The notes beneath the pieces are model-generated. The model saw nothing but the letters and a program-made list of their open reading frames with translations, was not told the origin of the DNA and searched no databases. Source: Mobula hypostoma (taxonomy: Eukaryota). Taken from it: a stretch of DNA of 64,000 bases. Position 1 is the first letter of the stretch. Every line of letters starts with the position of its first letter. This document shows, in pieces, positions 14,601-26,961 of this stretch. The stretch spans positions 201,874,001-201,938,000 of the forward strand of contig NC_086097.1 in the NCBI RefSeq assembly GCF_963921235.1. The letters run 5' to 3'. Made by a program: the position numbers and the translations under genes.

Positions 14601-14772
14601 CATCCCAATGGCTGCAAATTTGCCCCATCACCTGCCTGTCTTTCCTGACTGCTTTATTGCTCACTATCTTGGATTTATTTCTATTTTCCCCTTCCTCCGC
14701 TCTATCATTCCGGTTCCCATCCCCCTGCCAAATTAGTTTAAACCCTCCCTAACAGTTCTATTCAACCTTCCC
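11680..14772 (-). mobile_element. CR1 LINE with near-complete ORF2 (AP endonuclease + RT), frameshifted
   Basis: APE motifs YRPP, GDFN and SDH (13766-14407). RT motifs NYRPVNL, YLDFQKAFDKVPH, GVPQG and KFADD (12359-13471). C-terminal pieces at 11740-12423; cttatgg tail; ORF1/ORF2 junction gggtttaaacta near 14740. Confidence 0.95.
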
Positions 14773-14984
14773 TTTGTCTTATAGTCTTAAAGCTGAGTTA
14801 ACTAATTATTATCCAGCTACTCATAGATTAAACGGTTTTACCATTTCGGCAGTACAATGAGAGGACAATAATTTCAATGTATACACATTACTCCAAAAGT
14901 ATGTAAGATGCACTTTCTTCACTCTCCAAGAAGTTCAGTGCCTCTTATGCATGCTTGAAAAGGGAGAAGAACACCACCCCTATG

Positions 14985-15625
14985 CAAATCGCCACAGTAT
15001 CTGGAAATCAAGTGATCTGGGTCATGGAGGCCAATGTCAGATCATCTTCCAAGAGGATGAACCCTTTCAAGGTGCCAGGTCTGACGTTGTACTCGGCAGT
15101 GTACTGTAAAATTGTGCTGAAACATTCAAGAACATGAAAAAGGATCTAGTTTTTTCCCGGCATATATGACAAATAAGCTCTTCTCGGGCTTCCAGCCCAG
15201 TACAAGTATCGATTTTAACCGAGGTTTCAATGATAAACTCTGCCACCTTTATCACGGATGATGCCTGATCATGTCTATTCAGGAGGGACAGACAACCAGG
15301 GTATAAATACTACCAGACTAGACATGACCAGGCATCATCCCTGATGAAGATGGCAGAGTTTATTTTGGAAACGGTTAAAATCGATACTTGTACCCAGCTG
15401 GAAGCCCAAGAAGAGTTTATTCATTCAAGAACATCTTCAAACTCTCACTGCTGCAACCTGAGGTTCCCACCTGCTTCAAAAGGGCATCAATTATATCAGA
15501 GCTGAGGGAGAGCAGAGTGAGCTGTCAGAGTGACTGTTGACCAGTAGCACTTAGATCTACTGTAATGAAGTACTTCAAGAGTTTAGTTATGGCTAGAACT
15601 GACTCCTACCTGAGCAAGGATCTGG
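14985..15625 (+). mobile_element. Rex1/Babar LINE RT fragment interrupted by the fold-back element
   Basis: F(KN)IFKLSLLQPEVPTCFKRASII reads contiguously once 15136-15434 is removed; homologous to 41090-41400. Confidence 0.8.
15136..15421. mobile_element. Fold-back non-autonomous element with inverted hammerhead-like arms (probably Penelope-derived)
   Basis: About 105-bp inverted arms at 15172-15277 and 15319-15421. 13-bp direct repeat CATTCAAGAACAT at 15123-15135 and 15422-15434. CTGATGA (15341) and GAAAC (15368). Confidence 0.8.
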
Positions 15626-15747
15626 AAATGGGTGAGATTCAAGATTTGGGAGAAAAGATTTAGCTTTGACATGAGGAGTACTGAATCTGTGGAATTCTCT
15701 GCTCAGAGAAGCAGTCGAGCCTCCCTCATTAAATAGATACTCAATAT

Positions 15748-17283
15748 GTACACCTGCTCATTAATGCAAATGTCTAATCAGCCAATCATGTGGCACAAAC
15801 TCAATGCATAAAAACATGCACACATGATCAAGAGGCTCAGCTATTGTTCAGACCAAACATCAAAATGGGGACGAAATGTGATCTAAGTGACTTTGACCAC
15901 AGAATGTATATAAACTCACAGAGTCTTACAAACCACAGACTACACCTCCTCCCACCCTACTACTTGTAACAACACCATCCCTGTTTCTCAATTCCTCCAT
16001 CTCCGCTGCATCTGCTCTCAGGATGAGGCCTTTCATTTTAGAACAAAGGAGATGTCCTCCTTTTTCAAAGAAAAGGGCTTCCCTTCCTCCACCATCAATG
16101 CTGCCCTCAACCTCATCTCTTCCATTTCACGCACATCTGCTCTTACCCCATCCTTCTGCCACCCTACCAGGGATAGGGTTCCTCTTGTCCTCACTGACCA
16201 CCCCACCAGCCTCCGTGTCCAGCACATAATTCTCTCACATAATTCCGCCACCTCCAACGGAATCCCCCACCAAGCACATCTTTCCCTCCCCCGCCACACT
16301 TTCTGCTTTCTAGAGGGATCAGAACCTACGCGACTCCCTTGTCTATTCGTCCCTCCCCACTGATCTCCCTTCTGGCACTTATCCTTGCAAGCGGAATAAG
16401 TGCTATACCTGCCCCTACACCTCCTCCCTCACTACCATCCACAGCCCTAAACAGTCCTTCCAGGTGAGGCGACACTTCACTTGTGATACTGGTGGGGTCA
16501 TTTACTGTGTTCGGCGCTCCCGGTGTGGCTTCCTGTACGTTGGTGAGACCCGACGTAGATTGGGAGACCGCTTCGCCGAGCATCTACACTCTATCCGCCA
16601 GAACAAGTGGGATCCCTCAGTGGCCACCCATTTTAATGCCATTTCCTATTCCCATTCCAATATGTCCATCCATGGCCTTCTCTACTGTCGCAACGTGGGC
16701 ACACTTAGGTTGGAGGAACAACATTTTATGTTCCTTTTCGGTAGCCTCCAACCTGATGGCATGAAATCAATTTCTCAAACTTCCAGTAATGCTGCCTACC
16801 CCCCGCCCTTTTCCCATCCTCTTTTCCCTCTCTCATCTCACCACCTGCCCATCACACCCCGCCCCCCACCCCAGTGCTCCTTCCCCCTTTTTCTTTCTTC
16901 CATGGCCTTCTGTCTCTTTCACCAATCAACTTCATCCCTCCCCCTTTTGGTTTCACCTATCACCTGGAGGTTCTCTCTCCTCTCCCCCCACCTTTTAAAA
17001 TCTACTCCTCAGCTTTTTTTCTTCAGTCCTGCCAAAGGGTTTCAGCCCAAAATGTTGACTGTACTTTTTTCCCCATAGATGCTGCCTGGCCTGCTGAATT
17101 CCTCCAGCATTTTGTGTGGGTTGCTCGGATTTCCAGCATCTGCAGATTTTCTCAATAATGACTGCTGGTGCCAGACCAGGAGGTTTCTATATCTCAGATA
17201 CCGCTGATTTCTTTGAATTTTCATACACAACAGTCTCCGAATGGCGCAAAAAATACAAAAGCCATTCCGTGAGCAGTTCTGAT
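15748..17283 (+). mobile_element. Tc1-like transposon 5' remnant split by a Penelope insertion
   Basis: Transposase N-terminus MGTKCDLSDFDHRM (to ~15906) continues as TAGARPGGFYISDTADFFEFSYTTVS (from ~17158). Confidence 0.75.
15912..17153 (+). mobile_element. Penelope-like element, 5'-truncated and degenerate (older subfamily)
   Basis: GIY-YIG VIYCVRRSRCGFLYVGETRRRLGDRFAEH in ORF 16464-17078; frameshifts; terminal repeat at 17025-17153. Confidence 0.92.
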
Positions 17284-17299
17284 AACAGGAACTGGTGAT

Positions 17300-18820
17300 A
17301 ACAGGTCCTCCTTGTTGACCATCAAAACAGGCACAGCTCAAGGCTCCGTGCTTAGCCCACTGCTCAATTGTCTTTACACCCATGACCATGTGGCTAAGCA
17401 CAGCTCAAAAGGCTCTTATAAATTTGCAAGAAGACACCACTGTTGATTGATACTTCATTGATCCCAAAGGAAATTATAGTGTCACAGTAGCATTACAAGT
17501 GCACAGGTATACAAGTATTACAAGAGAGGTAAGAAAGAATAAAAAATAAGTTACCTCAAACAGACTAACAGGAGGAGGTCATCATTTCCCCGGCTGTAGG
17601 CTGACCCATTAAAGAAGCCCAATTGTCGAGGGTAAGAATTACCTCCTTTAGCGCTCTTTAGAACAGCACAGTTGTCTTAGTCTATTACTAAAAGTGCTCC
17701 TCTGTTCAGCCAAGGTGGCACGCAGAGGGTAAGAAACATTTTCTAGAATTGCCAAGATTTTCCGTAGGGTCGTTTTTTTCTACACTGCTTCCAGTGTGTC
17801 CAGTTTGACTCCTATAACAGAGTCAGCCTTCCTAATCAGTTTATTGAAACTGTTGGCATCACCCGTGTTGATGCCATTGCCCCAGCACACCACCACCTAG
17901 AAGATTGTACTGGTGACAACATGGGAAGGAGAGGACTGCATACTCCACAGGACCTCAGACTCCTCAGAAAGTTGAGGCGACTCTGGCCCTTCTTGTACAC
18001 AGCCATTGTGTTAGTGCTCCACTCAAGTCTGTCATCCAGGTGCACCCCCAGGTATTTGGAGGTCCTCACCACATCCACATCTTCACCATCAATAGTAACA
18101 GGGAGCAGTGCAGGCTTAGTCTTCCTAAAGTCCACCACCATCTCCTTTGTCTTACTGATGTTGAGCTACAGATGATTCAACTTGGACCATTTGACAAAGT
18201 CCTCCACCAGGACCCTGCATTCATCCTCCCATCCTCCCTTTATACACCCAAATATTGCTGAGTCATCAGATAATTTCTACAGATGACATGACTCAGTGTT
18301 GTATCTAAAGTCTGAGGTATATAGGGTAAACGGGAAGGGGGCCAATACAGTCCCCTTTGGGGCCCCAGTGCTGCTTATAGCTATGTCAGACATACAGCTC
18401 TGAAGGTAAAATCTCAGATGACAATCAGGAGGCTTACAGAGGTGAGATAGATTGACTGGTTGAGAGGCAACAACAACCTCACACTCTGCATCAACAAGAC
18501 CAAGAAATTAATTGTGGACTTCAGGAAAGGGAAGATACATACTAGTCCTCACGGAGTGGTGGATAGAATGAACAGCTTTAAGTTCGTTTGTGTCAACATC
18601 TCTAAGGATCTGTTCCAGACCCAACATATTAATGCTATCATGAAGAAAGCATGCTAGCAACTCTACTTAGCTCAGAATTTGAGGAGAATTGGTATGTCAC
18701 CAGGATCCCTGTAGATATAGTACGATGGAGAGCATTCTGACTGGTTACATCACAGACCAGTACTGAGACTCCAATGGACAGGGTCAAAATAGACTGCAGA
18801 GGGTTGTAGATTCAGCAGAT
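17300..18820 (+). mobile_element. Rex1/Babar RT fragments with a nested antisense Rex1-type copy at ~17445-18405
   Basis: GTAQGSVLSPLL and NNLTLCINKTKKLIVDFRK on plus; VVDFRK...KYLGVHLDDRLEWS on minus (17836-18141). Confidence 0.8.
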
Positions 18821-21800
18821 TTAGATTGAGATTCAGATTTATTTATCACATGCGCATTGAAACATGCAGTGAAATATATCATTTGCATTAACAACCAACA
18901 CTTCTAAGGATGTGCTGGGGGCAGTCTGCAAGTTTCACCACACATTCCAGCACCAATATAGCAAGACACAATGTTTAGCATAGCAACAGAAGCAGCAAAA
19001 ACAACAAAACAAAACAACACTAAGACAAGCCTCTTTCTCACTCTCCCACCCCCTCAAACTCATGGACAGGCCTGCAATTCAAAACAGGCCATCACCGGGC
19101 CTCCAGCCCTTGGCCCTGAACTCACAGACGTTGAGCCTCCTACTGTCCCAGGACTTGACAATCACACAAATTTGACCTTCAAGCCTCGATCCCAGGACTT
19201 ACCAGTCATGGGATTTTGATCTTCAGGCCTCGACTTACAAATTTTGCATGAAACTCAAACCCAAGGACTTGCCAAATTGGGGGGTGGGGGTGGGTGGGTG
19301 GAGATTATCTAACCGGCCCTTGTGCCTGTCCCTCCTGTCCACACAGACATCCAACCTAGGACTCGCTGATCTTGAAATCATGGTTTATGATCTCAGTGCC
19401 TGCCAAGCTAACCTTTGGAATCACTGGCCTTGGATGGCACAGTGCTCCAACCCAGGCTCCAAAAATGGATTCTGGCCCGTAGAATTGAAAATATTTTACC
19501 ATCTATCATTTCTGATGATTAGACAGGGTTTATTAAAAATCAATATTCCCATATAATATTCATTGTTTATTAAACGTTACTTATTCCCCTTCTAAGGAGG
19601 AATCGGAATGTGTCATTTCTTTGGACGCTGAGAAGGCATTTGATCGGGTTGAATGGAATTATTTATTTAAAACTTTAGAAAAATTTAATTTTGGGCCCGA
19701 TTTTATTCAATGGATTAAATTACCTTATCTATCTCCTTCTGCTAGGGTCCTTACTAGTTTTCAGTATTCCAAACCTTTTAAACTTCAACGTGGAGTCCTT
19801 TGCTCTTTGATTTGGCTTTGAAACCCTTAGCCATTGCTTTTTGAGAATCTAATGATATTACTGGTATTCTAAGGAGAGGGACTATTCATAAAGTTTTGCT
19901 TTATGCTGATGACCTATTGCTTTTTATTTCTAATGTCGAGACTTCACCACCTCCTGTGCTTTCTCTACTTTCTTGTTTCAGCCAGTTTTCAGGATACTAA
20001 CTGAATTTACATAAGAGTGATCTTTTTCCTCTGAATAATTTGTTATCAATTAATACTAACCTTCCTTTTAAAATTGTAAGAAATCAATTTATCTATTTGG
20101 GTGTAACAATTACCAAGAATTATAAATACCTATTTAATGAAAATTTTCTTACCTTACTGAACCTTGTAAAGAGGACACTATCAAAATGGTCGCCTTTTTC
20201 GTTATCCTTGATTGGCTGAATCAGCTCAATTTAAATGAACATTTTACCGAAATTTATATACCTTTTTCAGGCATTACCCGTTTTTATTCCTAAATCCTTT
20301 TTTGATTCTCTCGATTCTATTATATCTTCTTATATATGGAAAAGCAAACATTCTCGACTAAATAAAGTTCATCTTCAAAAATCTAAGAAAAATGGAGGTT
20401 TAGCTTTACCAAATTTTAGGTTTTATTATTGGGCAGTCAATATATGAAATCTTACATTTTGGACATATATTAACCATGATGACTGTCCAATATGGGTTTT
20501 TTTAGAAGCTAACTCTGTTAATAAATTTTCTATTATTTCTCATCTCGGAACCTCACTCCCTTTATCCTTTAGTAAACTAACTGAAAATTTGGTAGTTAAA
20601 CATACTTTGAAGATCTGGGTACAATTTAAGAAATTCTTTGGATAATTGAGATTTTCTTTGTCTAGTCCCATTTGTTCTAACTATTTTTTAAACCTTCGAT
20701 GACAGATTCAGTTTTTAAAAAATGGGATAGATTGGGTATTAAATGCTTCCAGGATTTGTTTATTGGAGGAAGTCTTCTTTCATTTGAGCAAATGTCAGTT
20801 AAATATAGTTTACCCAAAACCTACTTTTTTCGTTATTTACAAATTATAGAGACTTTCTGCATTCTCAACTATATATATTTGCTATAAGTTCTGTTAAGGA
20901 TTTATTGGATGTAATTTTTAAATTGAAACCTTTTTATAATGGTTCAATATCCAATATTTATGGTACGTTGCTAGGAATGAGAAATGCTCCTATAGACAAA
21001 ATTAAAAATCTTTGGGAACAAGATTTACAGACTTCAATCTCTGAGGAAACTTGGAATGAAATTTTTAAATTGGTTAACACTTCATCGTTATGTGCCCATC
21101 TTTCCCTCTTACAATTTAAAGTGGTTCATAGGGCTCACATATCCAAAGATAAGGTATCTCATCTTTATTTGGATATATCTCCTTTCTGTGATAGATGTGA
21201 TAATGGAGAAGCTTCATTAATTCACATGTTTTGGACATGTCCGAGCCTTGAAAGATGCGGGAAGGAAGTATTCCAAACTTTCTCGGTACTTTTGAGGTAA
21301 GTTTTAAGCCTAAGCCTTGGACCGCATTATTTGGTATTGTTGGAGGAAAAGACTTTATTTTGGAGACATCTGATTTGCATATTTTGGCTTTAATTTCTCT
21401 TATAGCTAGGAGGGTGCTCTTGCTTAAAGAGGATCTTGGAAGGATGCTGTTCCACCTACTCGTGCTCAATGGTTATGCGATGTTGTGTCATGCTTAAATT
21501 TAGAGAAGATCCGTGGTTCAGCTTTTGAATCTAGCCAAGACTTTTATACATTGTGGGGACTATTTTAGAGTTATTTTCAACCTTTGATTTGTTGTAAAAA
21601 TACAGATGGCGGTTAATAATATATTTTATTATATGATAAGGGTTTTTTCCCCTTTTTCTTGCTTTTCCTAACAGCTCTGACTCTGGTAGTGGGTTTAGAT
21701 TTTTTTTCTGGTATAACAAAATTATTATATTTCAATATTACAATTTAATTTAATTTTTTATGAATACAGGGTTTGTGATTGTAACTGTATTTTTAATACA

Positions 21801-22097
21801 ATCTATTTGGTACTATTTTATTTTTTTCTTTTGACTTATAATATATATCTTCTTGTACTCTGTATTCTTCTATGCAGAAACTAATAAAAATATTGAAGGA
21901 GTGAGACAAAAATGGATTCCTGCCTCTGACTCTTTCGTTTAGTACCCCTGACCTCGAACTCCCCCCTCATCCCTTCCTTAAACCCTAACCTGATCACCAT
22001 CTCCCTGTACCATCCCTAAAACTATCCCTATGGACCTACAAATACCTAAGTCAGAAGCAAAACCTTGATGGACATGCAGCTCAGCATCATCTTAGGC
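18820..22097 (-). mobile_element. Non-autonomous retroposon (unique body plus Rex1-like tail) split by the L1 insertion
   Basis: Tail gattcagatttatttatcacatg at ~18830; the body resumes after the L1 TSD; 5' end reads ctaagatgatg on minus. Confidence 0.5.
19473..21906 (+). mobile_element. L1-clade LINE, 5'-truncated ORF2 pseudogene with 13-bp TSD
   Basis: SLDAEKAFDRVEW, LYADD, MNILPKFIYLFQ, GGLALPNF and CCHC CDRC...HMFWTC. T-rich 3' UTR with AATAAA at ~21883. TSD CAAAAATGGATTC at 19460-19472 and 21907-21919. Confidence 0.92.
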
Positions 22098-23232
22098 ACT
22101 ACCTCCCCATCATTAAGGATGTTTTCAAAAGGCAGTGCCTCAAGAAGGAAGCATCCATCATTGAGGGCCCTCACCATCCAGGACATTCCCACTTCTCACT
22201 ACAGGTTGAGTACCCCTTATCTGAAATGCATGGGGTGACAATTGTTTTGGATTTAGGATTTTTTTCAGATCTTAGAATATATAATGAGATGGCTTGGGAT
22301 TGCCATCATTTCCAACTCCGAATTTAGGTGCTACTGGTAAGCAGTCTTTGTTTTACACTTGTTCACCATACCTACATGAATAAATTATTACATACAATTG
22401 ATATAATGAAAATATAATGTGTGCAGGGTAACAAAAGCAGCTCAGCAGCATCAGGAGAATACCTGAATCAGCTGTTGAACAACAACAAACAACAGGCTTT
22501 CAATCTCAACCTACAATGCTGTGTTTTGATTAAAAGGTTACAGTGCACTTTATTTATATTTCACCTTATTTTAGGTTTATATAACATATAAAAATAATCA
22601 GCATTGTAGACTTGCACTGGTGTTAGATTTTCATCAGCATTGCTTTAAAAATTTAATGCCATTATGTAAGCAATGAAAACAATCAGCAGCATTGACTTGT
22701 TATGGTGTTAGACTTTCGTGATCAGCAGACTCTTTAAAAAAATTAATGCAGTGCCTTTTTTAAATTTCTGCAACCAATTACCTTCAATTTTCAGTTTATC
22801 ATGATAGATCTTCACGAACTTCTGTTCATTACATATGAGAGGTCACTTCTCAGAACTGCCTGTGGTGCGCAGAAACCTATGCATCAGCTGGGAACCTTCT
22901 CAGCGCCTTGTGGCATTTTCCATTGGTAATGTCATGTGAGCGCTCAAAAAATTTCAGATTTTGGAGGTTTACAGATTTTGGATTTTCAGATGAGGAAAAG
23001 GTACAGGAGCTTGAAGACCATATTCAATGATTCAGGAACAGCTTCTTCCCTTCTGTCATCAGATTTCAAAATAGTCCATGAACCCATGAACACGATTTCA
23101 TTATTCCTTTATCATGTGCTACTTTTTTTTCTAATTTATAGTAATTTTATGTCTTTGCACAGAACTGCATCCACAAACTTCATGTCATATAATATGATGA
23201 TAATGTACCCGATTCTTATTGTCATTCTGATA
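22098..23232 (+). mobile_element. Rex1/Babar LINE 3' region interrupted by a Tigger-type element
   Basis: gcagtgcctcaagaagg..gcatccatcatt..caccatccaggacat...aggtacaggagc; same family as 42240-42640. Confidence 0.8.
22202..22994. mobile_element. Tigger4/Zombi-like (pogo) non-autonomous DNA transposon, right tip lost
   Basis: TA|CAGGTTGAGTACCCCTTATCTGAAATG terminus and repeated (t)cagatttt/ggatttt subterminal motifs at both ends. Confidence 0.75.
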
Positions 23233-25411
23233 CATCTTTTTTGTACTCTACATGAAATAGAAAATGTGCAAGCATTGAATACTGTGAAAATACATAGTCT
23301 CTGATACGGTACCTGGTAACCACTCAAGCAGCGGGTCTAGTGTCACTTCAGAAAACAAAATTGTTTGTTAAGCTATTCTTTTGCCCGAGTGCAATTCCCT
23401 CTGCCAGCCTGAGGAGGAAAGCCAAGAAGAAGGAGATGGATGTTGTGGATTGCACTTGAAATCACCAAGCAGCATTTTAGGTCCTAGAGATACATCCCAG
23501 ATTACAAAGGCAAGATTTCAGGTTCACCTTTCACGTGGTAAGACACTGCAGTTAGGACAGAGGGCTAACAAAGCTACTGTGCTAGCTCACTGTATGGCCA
23601 GGTCACACACAAGTTCTGTTCAGCAGACATGAAGAAAATTACAACTGCAGAGCATCCATGAGATTCTTGATAAGATGCAATATTTGACTCACTGTAGAGT
23701 TGGCATGAGATGTCAAGAAACTTGTTTAGACTTTTTCCAGCTCCAAAAGATCTCATTAAAGCTACTGACAACCTTTATCCTCACCAATCTACAGGTTGCA
23801 GTTGCATCGGTTCATTGCAGTACTGGTTAACGTGACCATTGCACAAACTAAAGTCCCAGCTTTATCAAGAGAACCCCTTCATCATGTTGGGTGCACCACA
23901 ATTTTGTTAAACATTGGAAATGAAGTGCCAAATCAAAACCAAAAATCAACGATGAGGGATATTAGCAGAATTGTATTTTGTAACAATCTGTAATCTCATG
24001 TCACAGCACATTCCTCATTCTACTAGCACTGGGGAGACCAACTCAAGTTTAATGCTGAGTACAGAAGGGCATACTCAGAGCTGCATCAGGCAGATCATAA
24101 AATAAGATGCCTTTATGCAAAGTACCAAATGATTGGACTGAAGACAGGGGTCCACCTTTACAAGAAAGGCAGCACAGAAAACCGAGAAATAGAACTATCC
24201 ACTAGTGACTAGATTTGTCCCACAAGGATCAGTACTGGGACTTGATGTTATTTATAACACACAAAAATAACTTGGATATGAATGTGAGCAGCATGAATAG
24301 TGGATGCCAAAAAAATTAGCAGAATTTTTGATAGTGTTGAAAGTAGTCTTAAGCTGCAGAGAGTTATCAACATATTGGTAGAAATGGGGTGAAAAATGGC
24401 TGATGGAATTTAATCCAGATAAATAAGAGTTGATGCATTTTGGGAGCACTAACGAGGAAGGGCATTAAATAAGTATATTGAGATATATTAAGTTATGAAC
24501 AGCTATACATTGGAAAAACCGCAGGAAATGTTTCTCCACAAGAGAGGTAGTTAAAACTACACAACATAGTTTTGGGGTCAGGAGGAAGAGATTTAGAGAA
24601 ATGCCTCTTCTTAGAACCATAGAACATTACAGCACAGAAAAAGGCCTTTTGGCCCTTCTTGGCTGTGCCGAACCATTTTTCTGCCTCGTCCCACTGACCT
24701 GCACCTGGACCATATCCCTTCATTCACCTATTATCCATGTACTTGTCCAAGTTTTTCTTAAATGTTAAAAGTGAGCCCGCATTTACCACTTCATCTGGCA
24801 GCTCATTCCACACTCCCACCCACCTTCACCCAGAGAGTGGTGAGTACCTTGTATGCACTGCCTAATAGAATGGTTAGAGTATCAACATTAAAGAAGTGTC
24901 TAGATGAGTACAGGTTTCCCCCACCATCCGAAGGTAGAGCGTTCCTATGAAACGGTTCGTAAGCCGAAATGTCATGAAGTGAAGAAGCAATTATCATTTA
25001 TTTATATGGGAAAAATTTGTGAGCATTTGCAGACCCAAAAAATAACCTACCAAATCATGCCAAATTACACATAAAACCTAAAATAACAGTAACATATAGT
25101 AAAAGCAGGAATGATATGATAAATACATAGCCTATATAAAGTAGAAATACTTTTCTACAATCATTGCCGCACTGTCCACCGCAGCGAAAATCTCATGCAA
25201 GCGCTCTCGGCAGAAACACAGTCTCCAGTAACCTTTAAGCTATGAAGCTGCCAAATCATACCAAATAACACATAAAAATACACAGCCTATATAAAGCAGA
25301 AATAATGTTTGTACAGTGTAGTCTCACTTACCGGAATCGGGAAGGCAGCACCGAGCACACTGATGATGGTGTGTTAGGCTGAGTCGTTGGAGGCTGGGGT
25401 GGTGCAGTGAT

Positions 25412-25746
25412 CCCAAACCTTCAGGCCGCCGGCCGATATCGATCCGCGAAGCGTGCAGTGGCGCAGCGGTAGTCGGGACGCACCCAGCACATCTTTAAGA
25501 AAAAAAGCCTAAATAAACAAGCTAATTAATTAGGTGCCGCCCAGCACGTAAATGTCGGCCCAGATCAGAAGCGACGCAATCGGCAATCGCCTCTGATCTG
25601 GGCCGATATTTATGTGCCGGGCAGCACCTAATTAATTAGCTTTTTTTCCAGCTTTTTTCTTAAAGATGTGCTAGGTGCGTCCTGGCTACCGCTGCACCAC
25701 TGCATTCTTCGTAGCCCGGTATCGGTCCACGGCCCGGCTGTTGGGG
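25412..25746. repeat. Long imperfect palindrome inside the Tigger element
   Basis: 25454-25574 is the near reverse complement of 25587-25704 (e.g. gctaattaattaggtgc/gcacctaattaattagc, tcggcccagatcaga/tctgatctgggccga); weaker pairing further out. Confidence 0.9.
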
Positions 25747-25849
25747 TGGTGGGACACTGGGGTTTCATCTCATCGTCATCTGTTTCCATCAAGGCAGGCA
25801 GGTCATCTTCTTCTATGTCTGCCTGCCTCGATGTTGAAGGTTGAGGATC

Positions 25850-26330
25850 GTCATCTGCTGTGGCTGATGTGGAAGGCTTGAAAAACAACAGTATGCTTGA
25901 CTGCTTAGCCTCGCACGTTTTTCTATCATACAGTTCTTTGTAAGCACTCAAACCATCTTGCAAATATGCCCTAAACCTACATACCCTTTCCAAATTAAAG
26001 TCCTACTTTTCTGCAATCATTGCAGCGAAAATCTCACGCAGTTGCTTCACGTTCAGTTCCTGGACGACTTCACTTTCAGTTCGTTCGTTACTGCATTCGG
26101 TTTCGATTATTATCCTTTCCTCTTCCAAATGCATCAGCTCTTCATCTATCAGTTCTTGGTCATGGGTTGCTAAAACCTCTTCAACATCACTTTCGCCACC
26201 TTCCACAAGCCAAACTCACTTTGTCCTTACTTCGTTCACCACGATCGAAACGCTTAATTATATCTAGTTTTACGCTAAGTGTAACACCCTTACGAGCTCT
26301 TTTAAGCTCTTCCGATACCTTAGAACGCAT
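25850..26330 (-). pseudogene. Tigger transposase remnant: CENP-B/psq HTH start fused to the C-terminus, DDE core deleted
   Basis: ATG at 26330 gives MRSKVSEELKRARKGVTLSVKLDIIKRFDRGERSKD, followed by DVEEVLATHDQELIDEELMHLEEE...YKELYDRK...KQSSILLFFK. Confidence 0.8.
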
Positions 26331-26632
26331 CTTGCTAACGGATGCTCAAAATAAATCGACATAAAGCACAGATGCTCACAGGCATGTGTTCAAGCAATGC
26401 CGGCTAGAAAGCAGTTCCGGGGCACCGGGGCAGGAGCTTAACTGCTCGGGGCGCACGCTGCCTTTTATCACACGCGCCTTTTTTCGTAACAGTGAAAACA
26501 CCTTCTGTTAGCGAAAACGGGTAACTAATGTAGGTAAACAACAGGAATTCTGCAGATGCTGGAAATTCAAGCAACATACATCAAAGTTGCTGGTGAACGC
26601 AGCAGGCCAAGCAGCATCTATAGGAAGAGGCG

Positions 26633-26674
26633 CAGTCGACGTTTCAGGCCGAGACCCTTCGTCAGGACTAACTG
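26633..26674 (-). ncRNA. Minimal type I hammerhead ribozyme motif in the Penelope pseudo-LTR
   Basis: Minus strand AGTC-CTGACGA-AGGGTCTCGGCCT-GAAACGTC|GACT: both conserved core boxes, stem I AGTC/GACT, short stem II, palindromic ACGT in place of stem III, GUC cleavage triplet. Confidence 0.8.
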
Positions 26675-26961
26675 AAGGAAGAGTGAATAAGGGATTTGAA
26701 AGCTGGAGGGGGAGGGGGAGATGCAAAATGATAGGAGAAGACAGGAGGGGGAGGGATAGAGCCGAGAGCTGGACAGGTGATAGGCAAAAGGGGATACGAG
26801 AGGATCATGGGACAGAAGGCCTAGGGAGAAAGACGGGGGGGGGTGACCCAGAGGATGGGCAAGAGGTATATTCAGAGGGACAGAGGGAGAAAAAGGAGAG
26901 TGAGAGAAAGAATGTGTGCATAAAAATGAGTAACAGCTGGGGTACGAGGGGGAGGTGAGGC

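Noticed and set aside
23340..24160. Possible ancient LINE remnant or exon
   Set aside because: No motif or splice-site pair that I could support; left unannotated.
25628..26330. Domesticated TIGD-like host gene
   Set aside because: Catalytic core deleted, frames broken, still bounded by TIRs.
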